Part shown: positions 29,824-38,015 of the stretch, piece by piece
Layout: each line of letters begins with the position of its first letter
Numbering within the stretch: the first letter of the stretch is position 1
Assembly: GCA_040348785.1 (NCBI GenBank)
Contig: JBEQTH010000065.1
Span: 19,461-83,460 of the forward strand
Source: Myxococcales bacterium
GTDB taxonomy: Bacteria > Myxococcota_A > Polyangia > Polyangiales > Polyangiaceae
DNA length: 64,000 nucleotides
Direction: 5' to 3'
The notes under the pieces: generated by a model
Database searches by the model: none
What the model was told of the DNA's origin: nothing
What the model saw: only the letters and a program-made list of their open reading frames with translations
Program-made: the position numbers and the translations under genes

Positions 29824-31596
29824 CTACGTGGCCGAGTCTGCCAGACGATAGGTGTCGTCGATCATGACCAAGACGCCGGCCGCGACCCCTTCGGTCAACG
29901 CCTTGCGGAGGGTCGAACTCTTCACCTTAACCCAAGTCTCGATAGCGCTTCGGGACATGGCCGGCCCATGCTCCGTCAAGGTCTTGCGCACCTCTGACCA
30001 CACGGCGGTCATACCGTCGCTGACTTTGGTAGCAGCCTTGACCGCGGCGAGGTCGGCGAGCCGTTGCCCGTCCAAGTCGACTGCCAGGGTGAACGGCTCT
30101 GCGGTGCCGTGTCGGTTCGCTTTGACGGCTACCGCTAGCGAGTCGCCCGCCTTCTTAACTTGGAGATGCACGGTCGAAGCGTACTCGATGCCGATCGACC
30201 CCTTGGCCTCGCCAGTTCCGCGCGTGACCTCGGAGGTGTAGACAAACGTGATGCTTGGGTAGGCCATCTGCATGGCCTTCATGGTTTCGAGCGCCGCTTC
30301 GATGCGCTCTCGGTCGCCCTTGCCCTCGCCGGCGCGCGTGCGGACCGTCTGCAGCGAGTCGACTGCAACGAGGATCGGTCCGGTTGTCTCTTCGCTTGCG
30401 AGCTTGCACAAGTCTTCGATGCATCCACCCACGGCGTGGAAGGCCTGGGCGTCGAGCGTAGCTAGACCAGCCAAGCGCGCGGGACCGTCCGTCATTGCTT
30501 GCGCCGGGGTCAAGCCAAGGCGCTGAAGTCTGCGTGTAACAATTGACTCGGCGGGCTCGTCTACGGCGATCCAAACAACGAACGCGCCTTGCGCTAGGGC
30601 GCTCTCTGCGAGCTCGAGCATCGCTAGCGTCTTGCAATTTTTAGCGCCGCCGCTGATGCACAAGCGCGCCCCGCGCGGTAGGCACGCAATCCCGCGGAAC
30701 TGTCGGTCTAGCGCCGGCATGCCTGTTTTGAAGCCCTGCGCGGACGTAGTGCCTACGCTTTGCGACGCAAGCGCGAAGGCGGTCGCCGGCTTGTGGACAG
30801 GCTTTAGGTAAACTTGGGGAGAGTAGTAGTCCGTACGCAACACCTTGCGGGGCATCGCGTCGCCTTCGCTATCAACGCGGTGAGGCCCAAGCACGGGCAC
30901 CTCAATGTCACCTGGCACTAGCCAGGGGTACTCGACCGGCTCGAAGCGATCGCCAGGGGCGAGCCTACTACAGGCATCCTTCACTTGTGCGTCTGTCAGC
31001 GGAACGTCGCTCCAGAGCGCGAGATGTACGGGTTGACCCGCGACGGCGAAGACATGCATCTCGCGATCGCGCAGAGAGTCAACGCTCGCTCGGTACTTTT
31101 TCGCGTAGGCGTTGCGCTCGATGTCTGTGACTACGTTGGCGGGGACGATCGTCATCGTGTCTGCGATCACGCACCAACGTCGCGCCTGAGGTTCGCAGCG
31201 CACGCGAGATAGATCGTAGTGCACGCCGGCATTGTACGCGGCGGCGTTTTGCGCCCAAGTAAGTTCGGTTGGCTCCGCGCGTAGAATGCACTCCCCGCCG
31301 TAGGGATTGAAGCCCTCTAGGGTGTCGAAATAGTGCTCTACAGCTAGGGAAAACCGCACCCCGTCTGGCTTGCTCCAAGTAACGATTGTCTCTTTCGCGC
31401 GTTCTTCCGGCGAAACAGAATCCACCGCACATGCTGCGCGGTAGGCGTCAAGAACGGCGCTTTCGCGTTCTTTCGAGAAAACGAGTTCATCCGCTGAAAG
31501 TTGCGGTGCGTCGTGTTCAGCTAGCGATAAAACTCGGCAATCATTGTCGGGCGCACTTGCGCGAAAGCTCTCAGCGGCACAGTATGTATTCGTCAT
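29824..31596 (-). CDS. replication protein with RecA/DnaB-like ATPase domain
   Basis: FKTGMPALD, Walker A GGAKNCKT, Walker B VAVDSLQ, KGSIGIEY, VKANRHG and a wHTH-like C-terminus. Confidence 0.75.
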   Translation of the reverse strand: MTNTYCAAESFRASAPDNDCRVLSLAEHDAPQLSADELVFSKERESAVLDAYRAACAVDSVSPEERAKETIVTWSKPDGVRFSLAVEHYFDTLEGFNPYGGECILRAEPTELTWAQNAAAYNAGVHYDLSRVRCEPQARRWCVIADTMTIVPANVVTDIERNAYAKKYRASVDSLRDREMHVFAVAGQPVHLALWSDVPLTDAQVKDACSRLAPGDRFEPVEYPWLVPGDIEVPVLGPHRVDSEGDAMPRKVLRTDYYSPQVYLKPVHKPATAFALASQSVGTTSAQGFKTGMPALDRQFRGIACLPRGARLCISGGAKNCKTLAMLELAESALAQGAFVVWIAVDEPAESIVTRRLQRLGLTPAQAMTDGPARLAGLATLDAQAFHAVGGCIEDLCKLASEETTGPILVAVDSLQTVRTRAGEGKGDRERIEAALETMKAMQMAYPSITFVYTSEVTRGTGEAKGSIGIEYASTVHLQVKKAGDSLAVAVKANRHGTAEPFTLAVDLDGQRLADLAAVKAATKVSDGMTAVWSEVRKTLTEHGPAMSRSAIETWVKVKSSTLRKALTEGVAAGVLVMIDDTYRLADSAT

Positions 31597-31659
31597 CGTC
31601 GTTTCGTTTCTGTAAGAAACGCCTGGGAGTCGTCGCCCGGGCGTTTCGCGTTTGTGTGG

Positions 31660-31839
31660 TCAGATCGGAGCGGAAGCGTTTTGAGGGTGTGGGTCTTGCA
31701 TGCCCAAAAGCATCAATGCGCCGCGAATGCGCGCGGCTTTTTGGGCCTGAGTAGTGCGCGTTCTTTGCAGGTAGGTCTCGACAGAGCGGGGGTCTACGTC
31801 GGCCATTACAGCGAGTCTCAGGATGGTTTTGCGGGGCAT
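31660..31839 (-). CDS. small HTH DNA-binding protein
   Basis: LRLAVMADVDPRSVETYL...RIRGALMLLG. Confidence 0.65.
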   Translation of the reverse strand: MPRKTILRLAVMADVDPRSVETYLQRTRTTQAQKAARIRGALMLLGMQDPHPQNASAPI

Positions 31840-31960
31840 GTTCGCCTTTCGTGAGGGTTGAGCTTGCGCCGCTAGATCGCGGAGCAACAGCACTCAATAA
31901 TTGTAACGAGAACTACCCGCGGCGCTCGGGCGGGCGATCTGCACGGGGTTTTGCATACAG

Positions 31961-32001
31961 AAAACAGAAACGCCGCGCCGGGTGATCCTGACGCGGCGTT
32001 T
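31961..32001 (-). terminator. intrinsic terminator
   Basis: Stem AAACGCCGCG/CGCGGCGTTT followed by a T-rich tract on the minus strand, downstream of the 32020 ORF. Confidence 0.65.
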
Positions 32002-32019
32002 GCAATTTCTAACATTCAG

Positions 32020-32397
32020 CTACGAGCGCGTGTGTTCCAGCGCCTCGCGTGATCGGCGTTGCTGCTCTGGCGTTGCGACAACGGCGATAGCCCAAAGCAG
32101 TTGTATCCAGCGACGCCATTGGTCAGCCGTGAGCCGCGCATAGCCGGACACATCCGCGGCAAAGGTGAGCCCCGCTACGTGATCGGCGAAGTAGTGGGCT
32201 TCAAGCGAACCCAGCAGGTTCTGCGTGAGGTGGCACCTGCGCGCCTTGCAGAGCAAAAAGAGAGCAGGCGCGGGCTCCACGTCTGACATATGCGTAAACG
32301 CAATATCGGCTTCCAGATCTCGCACGTCTCGCCCGCACCTGTCGCAGCGCAGCAAACTCGAAGGCGTGAGTGGCTTGCCCGAATCGAAAGCGGTCAT
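32020..32397 (-). CDS. hypothetical protein (CxxC)
   Basis: 125 aa; ATGA overlap with the upstream ORF. Confidence 0.6.
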   Translation of the reverse strand: MTAFDSGKPLTPSSLLRCDRCGRDVRDLEADIAFTHMSDVEPAPALFLLCKARRCHLTQNLLGSLEAHYFADHVAGLTFAADVSGYARLTADQWRRWIQLLWAIAVVATPEQQRRSREALEHTRS

Positions 32398-32579
32398 TGT
32401 CCGGCCGCCACAACGCGCGGCTGTAACTTGAGCTTGGCTTCAGCGAGCTTCAGCCGGCGCAAAACGGTCGCGTGCATGGTGACGCGCTGTTCTGGATTGG
32501 CGAACTTGCGGGCGGTCTTGACTTCGACGCAGCCCTCGACTGCTAGCCTCAGGATGTCGTGATTGGTGTAGATGGCCAT
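32394..32579 (-). CDS. small HTH DNA-binding protein
   Basis: LRLAVEGCVEVKTARKF resembles the 31660 and 28152 ORFs. Confidence 0.55.
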   Translation of the reverse strand: MAIYTNHDILRLAVEGCVEVKTARKFANPEQRVTMHATVLRRLKLAEAKLKLQPRVVAAGQ

Positions 32580-32745
32580 TGTCTAGCTTTCAAAAAGGAC
32601 CCAAGATCGGGCACCCGTTGAAGCTGGCTATCGCGATCCTTTTGGACAAGTACGCGGTTCGTCTGCCGGCGCTTTCGACGCGCGTCCACCCGGACTAATT
32701 GCGCAACCCCTTTTGAAAAACGATCTGGGTGCTGAAGCTTGAAGC

Positions 32746-32889
32746 GTGCCCGAGCCACGAAAAGCAGAGAAGCCCCGCAAGGTTGCGGCGCAGAAGCAGC
32801 CTGTATCGGCTGACCTGCAACCATTCGTGACAGCGCTCGCTGACCTGCTTGTCGCCGATCTGCTTCGCGCGCCTCCGAAGACCCGCTAG
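32746..32889 (+). CDS. 47-aa ORF preceding the recombinase
   Basis: GTG start, ...FVTALADLLVADLLRAPPKTR*, ending 9 nt before the recombinase ATG. Confidence 0.5.
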   Translation: MPEPRKAEKPRKVAAQKQPVSADLQPFVTALADLLVADLLRAPPKTR

Positions 32890-32898
32890 AGTCCGCCT

Positions 32899-34545
32899 AT
32901 GCGCTGTGCAATCTACGCCCGCCGGTCCACAGACGAGCACCAAGCCGCGTCGCTCGACGTGCAACTCGAAGAGGCCAGGCGGTTCATTGCGGCCAAGGGG
33001 TGGACGTGCGAGCCCGAGCACGTCTACATCGAAGATGCCGTGTCGCGCGCCGAGTTCAAGAAGCGGCCCGAGCTCATTCGCGTGCTGAACGCCGCGGAGT
33101 CGAAGGCGTTCGACGTGCTTGTGACGCGAGACGAAACGCGCTTGGGCGGCGACATGAACCGCACGACGCTGTGGATCCAAGATCTCTTGGATGCCGGCGT
33201 GCAACTTCACTACTACGTGAGCGGCGAGCGCGTTGAGCTGAACAACGCCACGGCGAAGTTACTCGCGATGGTGAAGAACTACACCGCCGAGATCGAGCGC
33301 GAGAAGATCAGCAGCCGCACGCACGAGCACTTGCTGAACAAGGCGCGGCGCGGGCTCAATGTCGGCGGCCGCTGCTACGGCTACGACAACGTTGAACAGC
33401 GCGACGGCGATCGGCGCGTTCACGTTGAGTATTCGATCAACGCGGAGCAGGCCGAGATCGTGCGCGGCATCTTCGCGAGCTACGCGGCGGGCGAGGGGCT
33501 TAGAACAATCGTCAAGGGCTTGAACGCCCGTGGCGTGTCCGCTCCGAGCGCCGGCAAGCGCGGGACGGGTTCATGGTCCACATCCGCGGTGCACGCGATG
33601 CTGCGCCGAGAACGCTACCGCGGCGCGATCGTTTGGAATCGCCGAGAGAAGACCTATCGCAAAGGGACTAAAGTCCGGATCGAGCGCGGCGCGCACGACT
33701 GGCTTCGAGTCGATATGCCATCGCATCGGATCATCGACGACGAGGCGTGGTTCGCAGTGCAGAAGCGGCTCGCGGCCAACGTCACGGGCGGAGCCAAGGC
33801 CGGCGGGCGCCCGCCACGCTACTTGCTCTCAGGGATCGCGCGTTGCGGCGAGTGCGGCGGGCCGCTCACCGCGATCAACGGCAAGTTCGGGAACGAAACG
33901 GTGAAGGCCTACACCTGCGCGTACCATCGCGATCGAGGTGAGGACGTGTGTGGCTCGGCATTGCGCCGGCCGGTAGAATCGCTCAACGGCGCGATTGTGG
34001 AATGGGTCCGCGACAACGTACTGTCCGAAGAACTCGTGCTCGCCACGCTGAAGCGCGTGCGAGAGCGGCTCTCGGAACGTGCCGAGGTCACCACCTCCGA
34101 GCTACCCGGCTTGCAAGCCCAGGCTCAAAAGCTCCGCGCCGAGATCGATCGGCTGGTCGAAGCCATCGCGACGGCGAACAGCAAGCCCGCCGCGCTCGTC
34201 TCGGCCATTGCCGACCGGCAAGAGCGACTTTCGGACCTAGAAGCGCGCATGCGTGCGGCGCAGGCCGCGCCGGGTGCCATCAGTCTCGAGATCCGTCGTC
34301 TGGAACTCGAAACCCGGAAGCGCATCGACAACCTCCGCGCCGTCCTCGAGAGAAACCCCGAGGAGGCGCGGGCGTTGATGCTGTCTGTTTTCGAGGGCCC
34401 GTTGGTCTGCACCCCGATCGAAACCTCAGCCGGCAAGCGGTTTCAGATCGAGGGCAACGCTGTGATCGGTCGTATTTTCGCGGGCGAAGCGGGTGTCAGT
34501 AACTCTGCGTCCCCAAGGGGATTCGAACCCCTGTTACAGCCTTGA
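32899..34545 (+). CDS. large serine recombinase (integrase)
   Basis: Catalytic motif AIYARRST, RLGG, YGY, recombinase domain, Zn ribbon CGECG and coiled coil; 3' end overlaps the tRNA antisense. Confidence 0.95.
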   Translation: MRCAIYARRSTDEHQAASLDVQLEEARRFIAAKGWTCEPEHVYIEDAVSRAEFKKRPELIRVLNAAESKAFDVLVTRDETRLGGDMNRTTLWIQDLLDAGVQLHYYVSGERVELNNATAKLLAMVKNYTAEIEREKISSRTHEHLLNKARRGLNVGGRCYGYDNVEQRDGDRRVHVEYSINAEQAEIVRGIFASYAAGEGLRTIVKGLNARGVSAPSAGKRGTGSWSTSAVHAMLRRERYRGAIVWNRREKTYRKGTKVRIERGAHDWLRVDMPSHRIIDDEAWFAVQKRLAANVTGGAKAGGRPPRYLLSGIARCGECGGPLTAINGKFGNETVKAYTCAYHRDRGEDVCGSALRRPVESLNGAIVEWVRDNVLSEELVLATLKRVRERLSERAEVTTSELPGLQAQAQKLRAEIDRLVEAIATANSKPAALVSAIADRQERLSDLEARMRAAQAAPGAISLEIRRLELETRKRIDNLRAVLERNPEEARALMLSVFEGPLVCTPIETSAGKRFQIEGNAVIGRIFAGEAGVSNSASPRGFEPLLQP

Positions 34546-34582
34546 AAGGGCCGTGTCCTGGGCCGGGCTAGACGATGGGGAC
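34508..34582 (-). tRNA. tRNA-Glu (UUC)
   Basis: Reverse complement GTCCCCATCGTCTAGCCCGGCCCAGGACACGGCCCTTTCAAGGCTGTAACAGGGGTTCGAATCCCCTTGGGGACG folds as a cloverleaf with anticodon TTC; CCA is not encoded. Confidence 0.97.
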
Positions 34583-34744
34583 AGGTCTTAAGGGCGGCGG
34601 AACATAATCTGCGAGGTGGCCTTCGACAACCCCGAACTGAATGATTTACGCGATTTGGGCGCTTGGCGAGGATTGAGCGCAAAAGACGACGATCTCGGCG
34701 CGTTCGAGCGGGGCAGGGGACTGATGGGCCGGACCTGCGACGGC

Positions 34745-35386
34745 TCAGAGCAGGTCTTGGCCGGTGATATCGAGGGCGGTCAGGGCGTGCAGGGGGATGG
34801 GGCCGCACTCGTAGTCGTCACGCAGCAGGGAGTACACGTGGACGTCGCACGGGCGGCCTTCGGTGTTGCGCGACAAGCCGCGCAGGATGCCTTCGCTAAC
34901 GAAGCCGAGCGTGATTGGGATTTTGCGACTGAGTCGATTTTCGGGCCAGACACGGATTTCGATCCGGGAGGCCGCGTCGATTTCGAAGCCCACGCGGACG
35001 AGGGCGCGGGTGACTTCGGTGGCGTAACCCTTTTGGGTATGTGCGCTGGCGACCCAGTACCCGATTTCGCGCACGTTCAGGCCTTGACGAAGGTGCAGGC
35101 CGGCGCCGCCGATCACTTCGGATTCGTCGGCGGAGAAGACTCCGTAGGTGTAGTCCAAGCCGAGATCGAACTCCCCGCGACACTTGCGCAGCCAGGCCAC
35201 CTTTTGGTCCAAGGGCGTGGGCTCCACCGCAGCCCACGGTACCCAGGGGCGCAAGTGCGGTAGGCTGCCGTCGATGGCGAGCTTCAGCGGCACGGCGTCG
35301 CGCGGTTCCCAGCAGCGTATGACGAGCCGCTCGGTAACGATGCGGTAGGCCGGTCCCCGTGCCTCGGCGGATAGCATTGGCCTCAT
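34745..35386 (-). CDS. RimJ/RimL family GNAT N-acetyltransferase
   Basis: TERLVIR, EIGYWV, GYATE, NRLSRKIP..LGF..EG. Confidence 0.9.
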   Translation of the reverse strand: MRPMLSAEARGPAYRIVTERLVIRCWEPRDAVPLKLAIDGSLPHLRPWVPWAAVEPTPLDQKVAWLRKCRGEFDLGLDYTYGVFSADESEVIGGAGLHLRQGLNVREIGYWVASAHTQKGYATEVTRALVRVGFEIDAASRIEIRVWPENRLSRKIPITLGFVSEGILRGLSRNTEGRPCDVHVYSLLRDDYECGPIPLHALTALDITGQDLL

Positions 35387-35491
35387 TTTCAGCAAAGATT
35401 CACGGTTACCGCAACCGCCGTATTTGTCGGCGTTTGTGGGCGGCCCCGGGGCTTGCTGCGGCGCTGTGCGTTCTCGGGCAGGCTCTGGCCG

Positions 35492-36073
35492 ATGGCTAGC
35501 GGCACCCGGCACCTGCGCTTTCGCTGCACCTCGTGCGCCAATTGCTGTCGGGATTTGCGGGTGCCGTTGACTCAAGCCGACCTGCGCCGATTGGTCGACG
35601 CCACGGGCAAACCGGCCGCACATTTCGTGGCTTGGCTGCCGACGGAAGCAGTCGATCTCACGGGCGAGCCGGGCAGCTTGGTCGTGCTCGATCATGAGCA
35701 AGGGCGAGCGCTGATGACGCTCGCGCACCGCGACGGTGCGTGCGCTTCGCTCGGCGCGGACGAGCGCTGCACGGTGTACGCGGCGCGCCCTGCGAGCTGT
35801 CGTTTGTTTCCGTTCGCTCCGAGCTTTGGGCGGCGCGGAGGGCTACGGCGCCTGCGGCTGCTTTCGGGCACGAGCTGCGACTACGCGCGCGATGGCCACA
35901 ACGACCCACACGCGCTGCGCGAAGCCGACCTTGAGCGCTGGGCGGAGCACCGCACCTACCTCGCCCAGATTCAGACCTGGAATCGCTTGCAGCGGCGACG
36001 CGCAATGCTCGGGCACCGCCTACAGAGTGCGTGGGAATTTTTGGCATTTCTAGGTTTCCCCCCCGGCGATTGA
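35492..36073 (+). CDS. YkgJ family cysteine cluster protein
   Basis: FRCTSCANCC and CTVYAARPASCRLFP. Confidence 0.85.
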   Translation: MASGTRHLRFRCTSCANCCRDLRVPLTQADLRRLVDATGKPAAHFVAWLPTEAVDLTGEPGSLVVLDHEQGRALMTLAHRDGACASLGADERCTVYAARPASCRLFPFAPSFGRRGGLRRLRLLSGTSCDYARDGHNDPHALREADLERWAEHRTYLAQIQTWNRLQRRRAMLGHRLQSAWEFLAFLGFPPGD

Positions 36074-36095
36074 ACCGTATCTACGATCGGTGCGC

Positions 36096-37460
36096 ATGGC
36101 TCGTGACACTGCGGCGATCGTGAACCGATCGCTTTTCTGCTTTTCTGCCTCTCTTCTCGTCCTGGGTGCCTGCGGCGCAGCGCCCACGATTTCCAAGGGG
36201 CATGACTCCGAAGGGGGGGGAAGTGCGCCCGGAGTTGCGGGCGCTAGTGCCGGCGCGTCGAATCATGTGGCTGGGGCGAGCTCGGGCGGCATTTCCGGGT
36301 CGTCGAGCGCGGGCGCGAGCAGCGGCGGCGGTGCGCTGAGTACTGGCAGCGCGGGTAGCGGCAACGGCGGAGCTGCTGCTGGTGGTGGCCCTACGGCGGG
36401 CGCGGGCAAGAGCCCGGGCGGAAATAGCGGCGCAGGAGGCGCTCCGCCGGTCACGGTGCCGAAGCCCGTGTCAGCCACGGCGAGCTGGGTCTACATCGAC
36501 GGTTATCGGTTGATGGTCGGCAAGCGCGCGAGCGACGGAACCCTCGCCACTCCGACGCCGTTCAAGTTGAAGGGGGTGAGCTGGAGCCCGACGGGCATCG
36601 GCGAGAGCAACGGCAGCGGTTACTCCAAGCTGTACACTTCACACGCCGCGAGCGACGTTCCGTTGATCGCCGGCCTGCATGCCAACACGGTGAAGACTTA
36701 CGACCCGCTCGAGCGGAACGCGCAGGGGACGGCCGTTCTCGACCAGCTCTATGCCCAGGGGGTGATGGTCGTGATGCAGGTCATGGCTTCGAAGAACACC
36801 ACGCCCGCGGATGCCGCGGCGAGCGCCAGCTATTTCAAGGGTCACCCCGCGATCCTCGCATGGCTGGTCGGTAACGAGTTCAACTACAACAACCTGTACG
36901 GGGCTTCGAACTTCGAAGCGGCGCTGACTCAGGTGAACAGCGCGATCAGCGCGATCCACGCGGCCGATCCGGATCACCCCGTGCTGGTGAGCTACGGTGA
37001 GCTGCCCACGTCGGACGTGTATTCGCGCATCCCAGCCGATATCTGGGCGATCAATTTGTACCCAAACCTGGATTTGGCTTCGCGGTTCGTGGCTTGGCCC
37101 AAACTGAGCAACAAGCCCATGATGGTCGGTGAGTACGGCGCGGATGCGTTCAACAACGGCAAGGCTGCTGAAGATGAAGACAGCCAGGCCAGTGCCACGA
37201 CGACGCTGACCAACCAGATCACGCAGCACTACAGCGCGCTTGCCGCAGACTCGGCGCACGTCGTGATCGGCGGTACGATCTACTCCCTGAGCGACGAGTG
37301 GTGGAAAGCCGGCAACCCCAATAGCCACGACAACGGCGGCATGAACGGCGCAGTTTTTCCCGATAACTTCGCCAACGAAGAGTGGTGGGGGCTCACCACG
37401 ATTGCGCGTCAGCCGCGCCAAGCCTACACAGCGCTGGCCGCGATCTACGCGGCGAACTGA
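36096..37460 (+). CDS. clan GH-A glycoside hydrolase lipoprotein (GH2-like TIM barrel)
   Basis: Lipobox LGAC, Gly linker, HPAILAWLVGNE (acid/base), VGEYG (nucleophile), DEWWK. Confidence 0.8.
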   Translation: MARDTAAIVNRSLFCFSASLLVLGACGAAPTISKGHDSEGGGSAPGVAGASAGASNHVAGASSGGISGSSSAGASSGGGALSTGSAGSGNGGAAAGGGPTAGAGKSPGGNSGAGGAPPVTVPKPVSATASWVYIDGYRLMVGKRASDGTLATPTPFKLKGVSWSPTGIGESNGSGYSKLYTSHAASDVPLIAGLHANTVKTYDPLERNAQGTAVLDQLYAQGVMVVMQVMASKNTTPADAAASASYFKGHPAILAWLVGNEFNYNNLYGASNFEAALTQVNSAISAIHAADPDHPVLVSYGELPTSDVYSRIPADIWAINLYPNLDLASRFVAWPKLSNKPMMVGEYGADAFNNGKAAEDEDSQASATTTLTNQITQHYSALAADSAHVVIGGTIYSLSDEWWKAGNPNSHDNGGMNGAVFPDNFANEEWWGLTTIARQPRQAYTALAAIYAAN

Positions 37461-37464
37461 GGCG

Positions 37465-37809
37465 TTAGCCGGCGGAGGTAACGCGAGTGCGCGCGTCGAA
37501 GCGCCGCGCTTCGTGGCATTGCCAGCTCCCGCGCTCGAACTCACCGCAAATGTCGGGACGCACGTCGTAGATCGAGCAGTGATGCGGCAGCCCGGGGCGG
37601 CCCAGGTGCACGCACGCGCCGTCCGCGCGCGTTTCCATGGCTTCGTCGCCGAAGTGGCCGGGTACGATGCGCAGCGCGAGCTGCGGGCGGCCAGCGTCCT
37701 TGAAGCGCACGAGATCCGATGCCTTGACTGGGATCACCCCGGCGTGACCGCGGCAGCAGGCCGAGCAGGTCAGGCAATCGAGCTCTTCGGTGACGTCGGC
37801 GGCGGACAC
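37465..37809 (-). CDS. YkgJ family cysteine cluster protein
   Basis: DCLTCSACC and CSIYDVRPDICGEFERGS. Confidence 0.8.
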   Translation of the reverse strand: MSAADVTEELDCLTCSACCRGHAGVIPVKASDLVRFKDAGRPQLALRIVPGHFGDEAMETRADGACVHLGRPGLPHHCSIYDVRPDICGEFERGSWQCHEARRFDARTRVTSAG

Positions 37810-38015
37810 GGCTGGCGGAGCTGTAACATCGGCCTGAAGCGCACGCCAGAACGGGCCTTCCGCGGCGCCTGGGTCGCGCCAGCACCAGCCGCAGCGCGCC
37901 GCCGAAGGCTCTGACGGCCCGCGCCGTAGCGCGTGACCATCAAAAAACCTTCTGCGGCTCTGTTTGGGTCTGGGTTTGGGCTAGCGGGCGCGGCGCGCGA
38001 ATGGCCGCGCAAAGC

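Larger units (their letters stand above)
22776..34527. mobile_element. 11.75-kb integrated element (phage-satellite-like or defective prophage) at tRNA-Glu
   Basis: 21-bp direct repeats, serine recombinase, helicase-like gene, HTH genes, phage-like genes and a TA pair. Confidence 0.9.

Noticed and set aside
31940-31956. sigma54-like TGCACGGGGTTTTGCAT
   Set aside because: Lacks the invariant GG at -24
34616-35263. 215-aa plus-strand ORF and many similar long antisense ORFs
   Set aside because: Shadow frames of real genes in high-GC DNA
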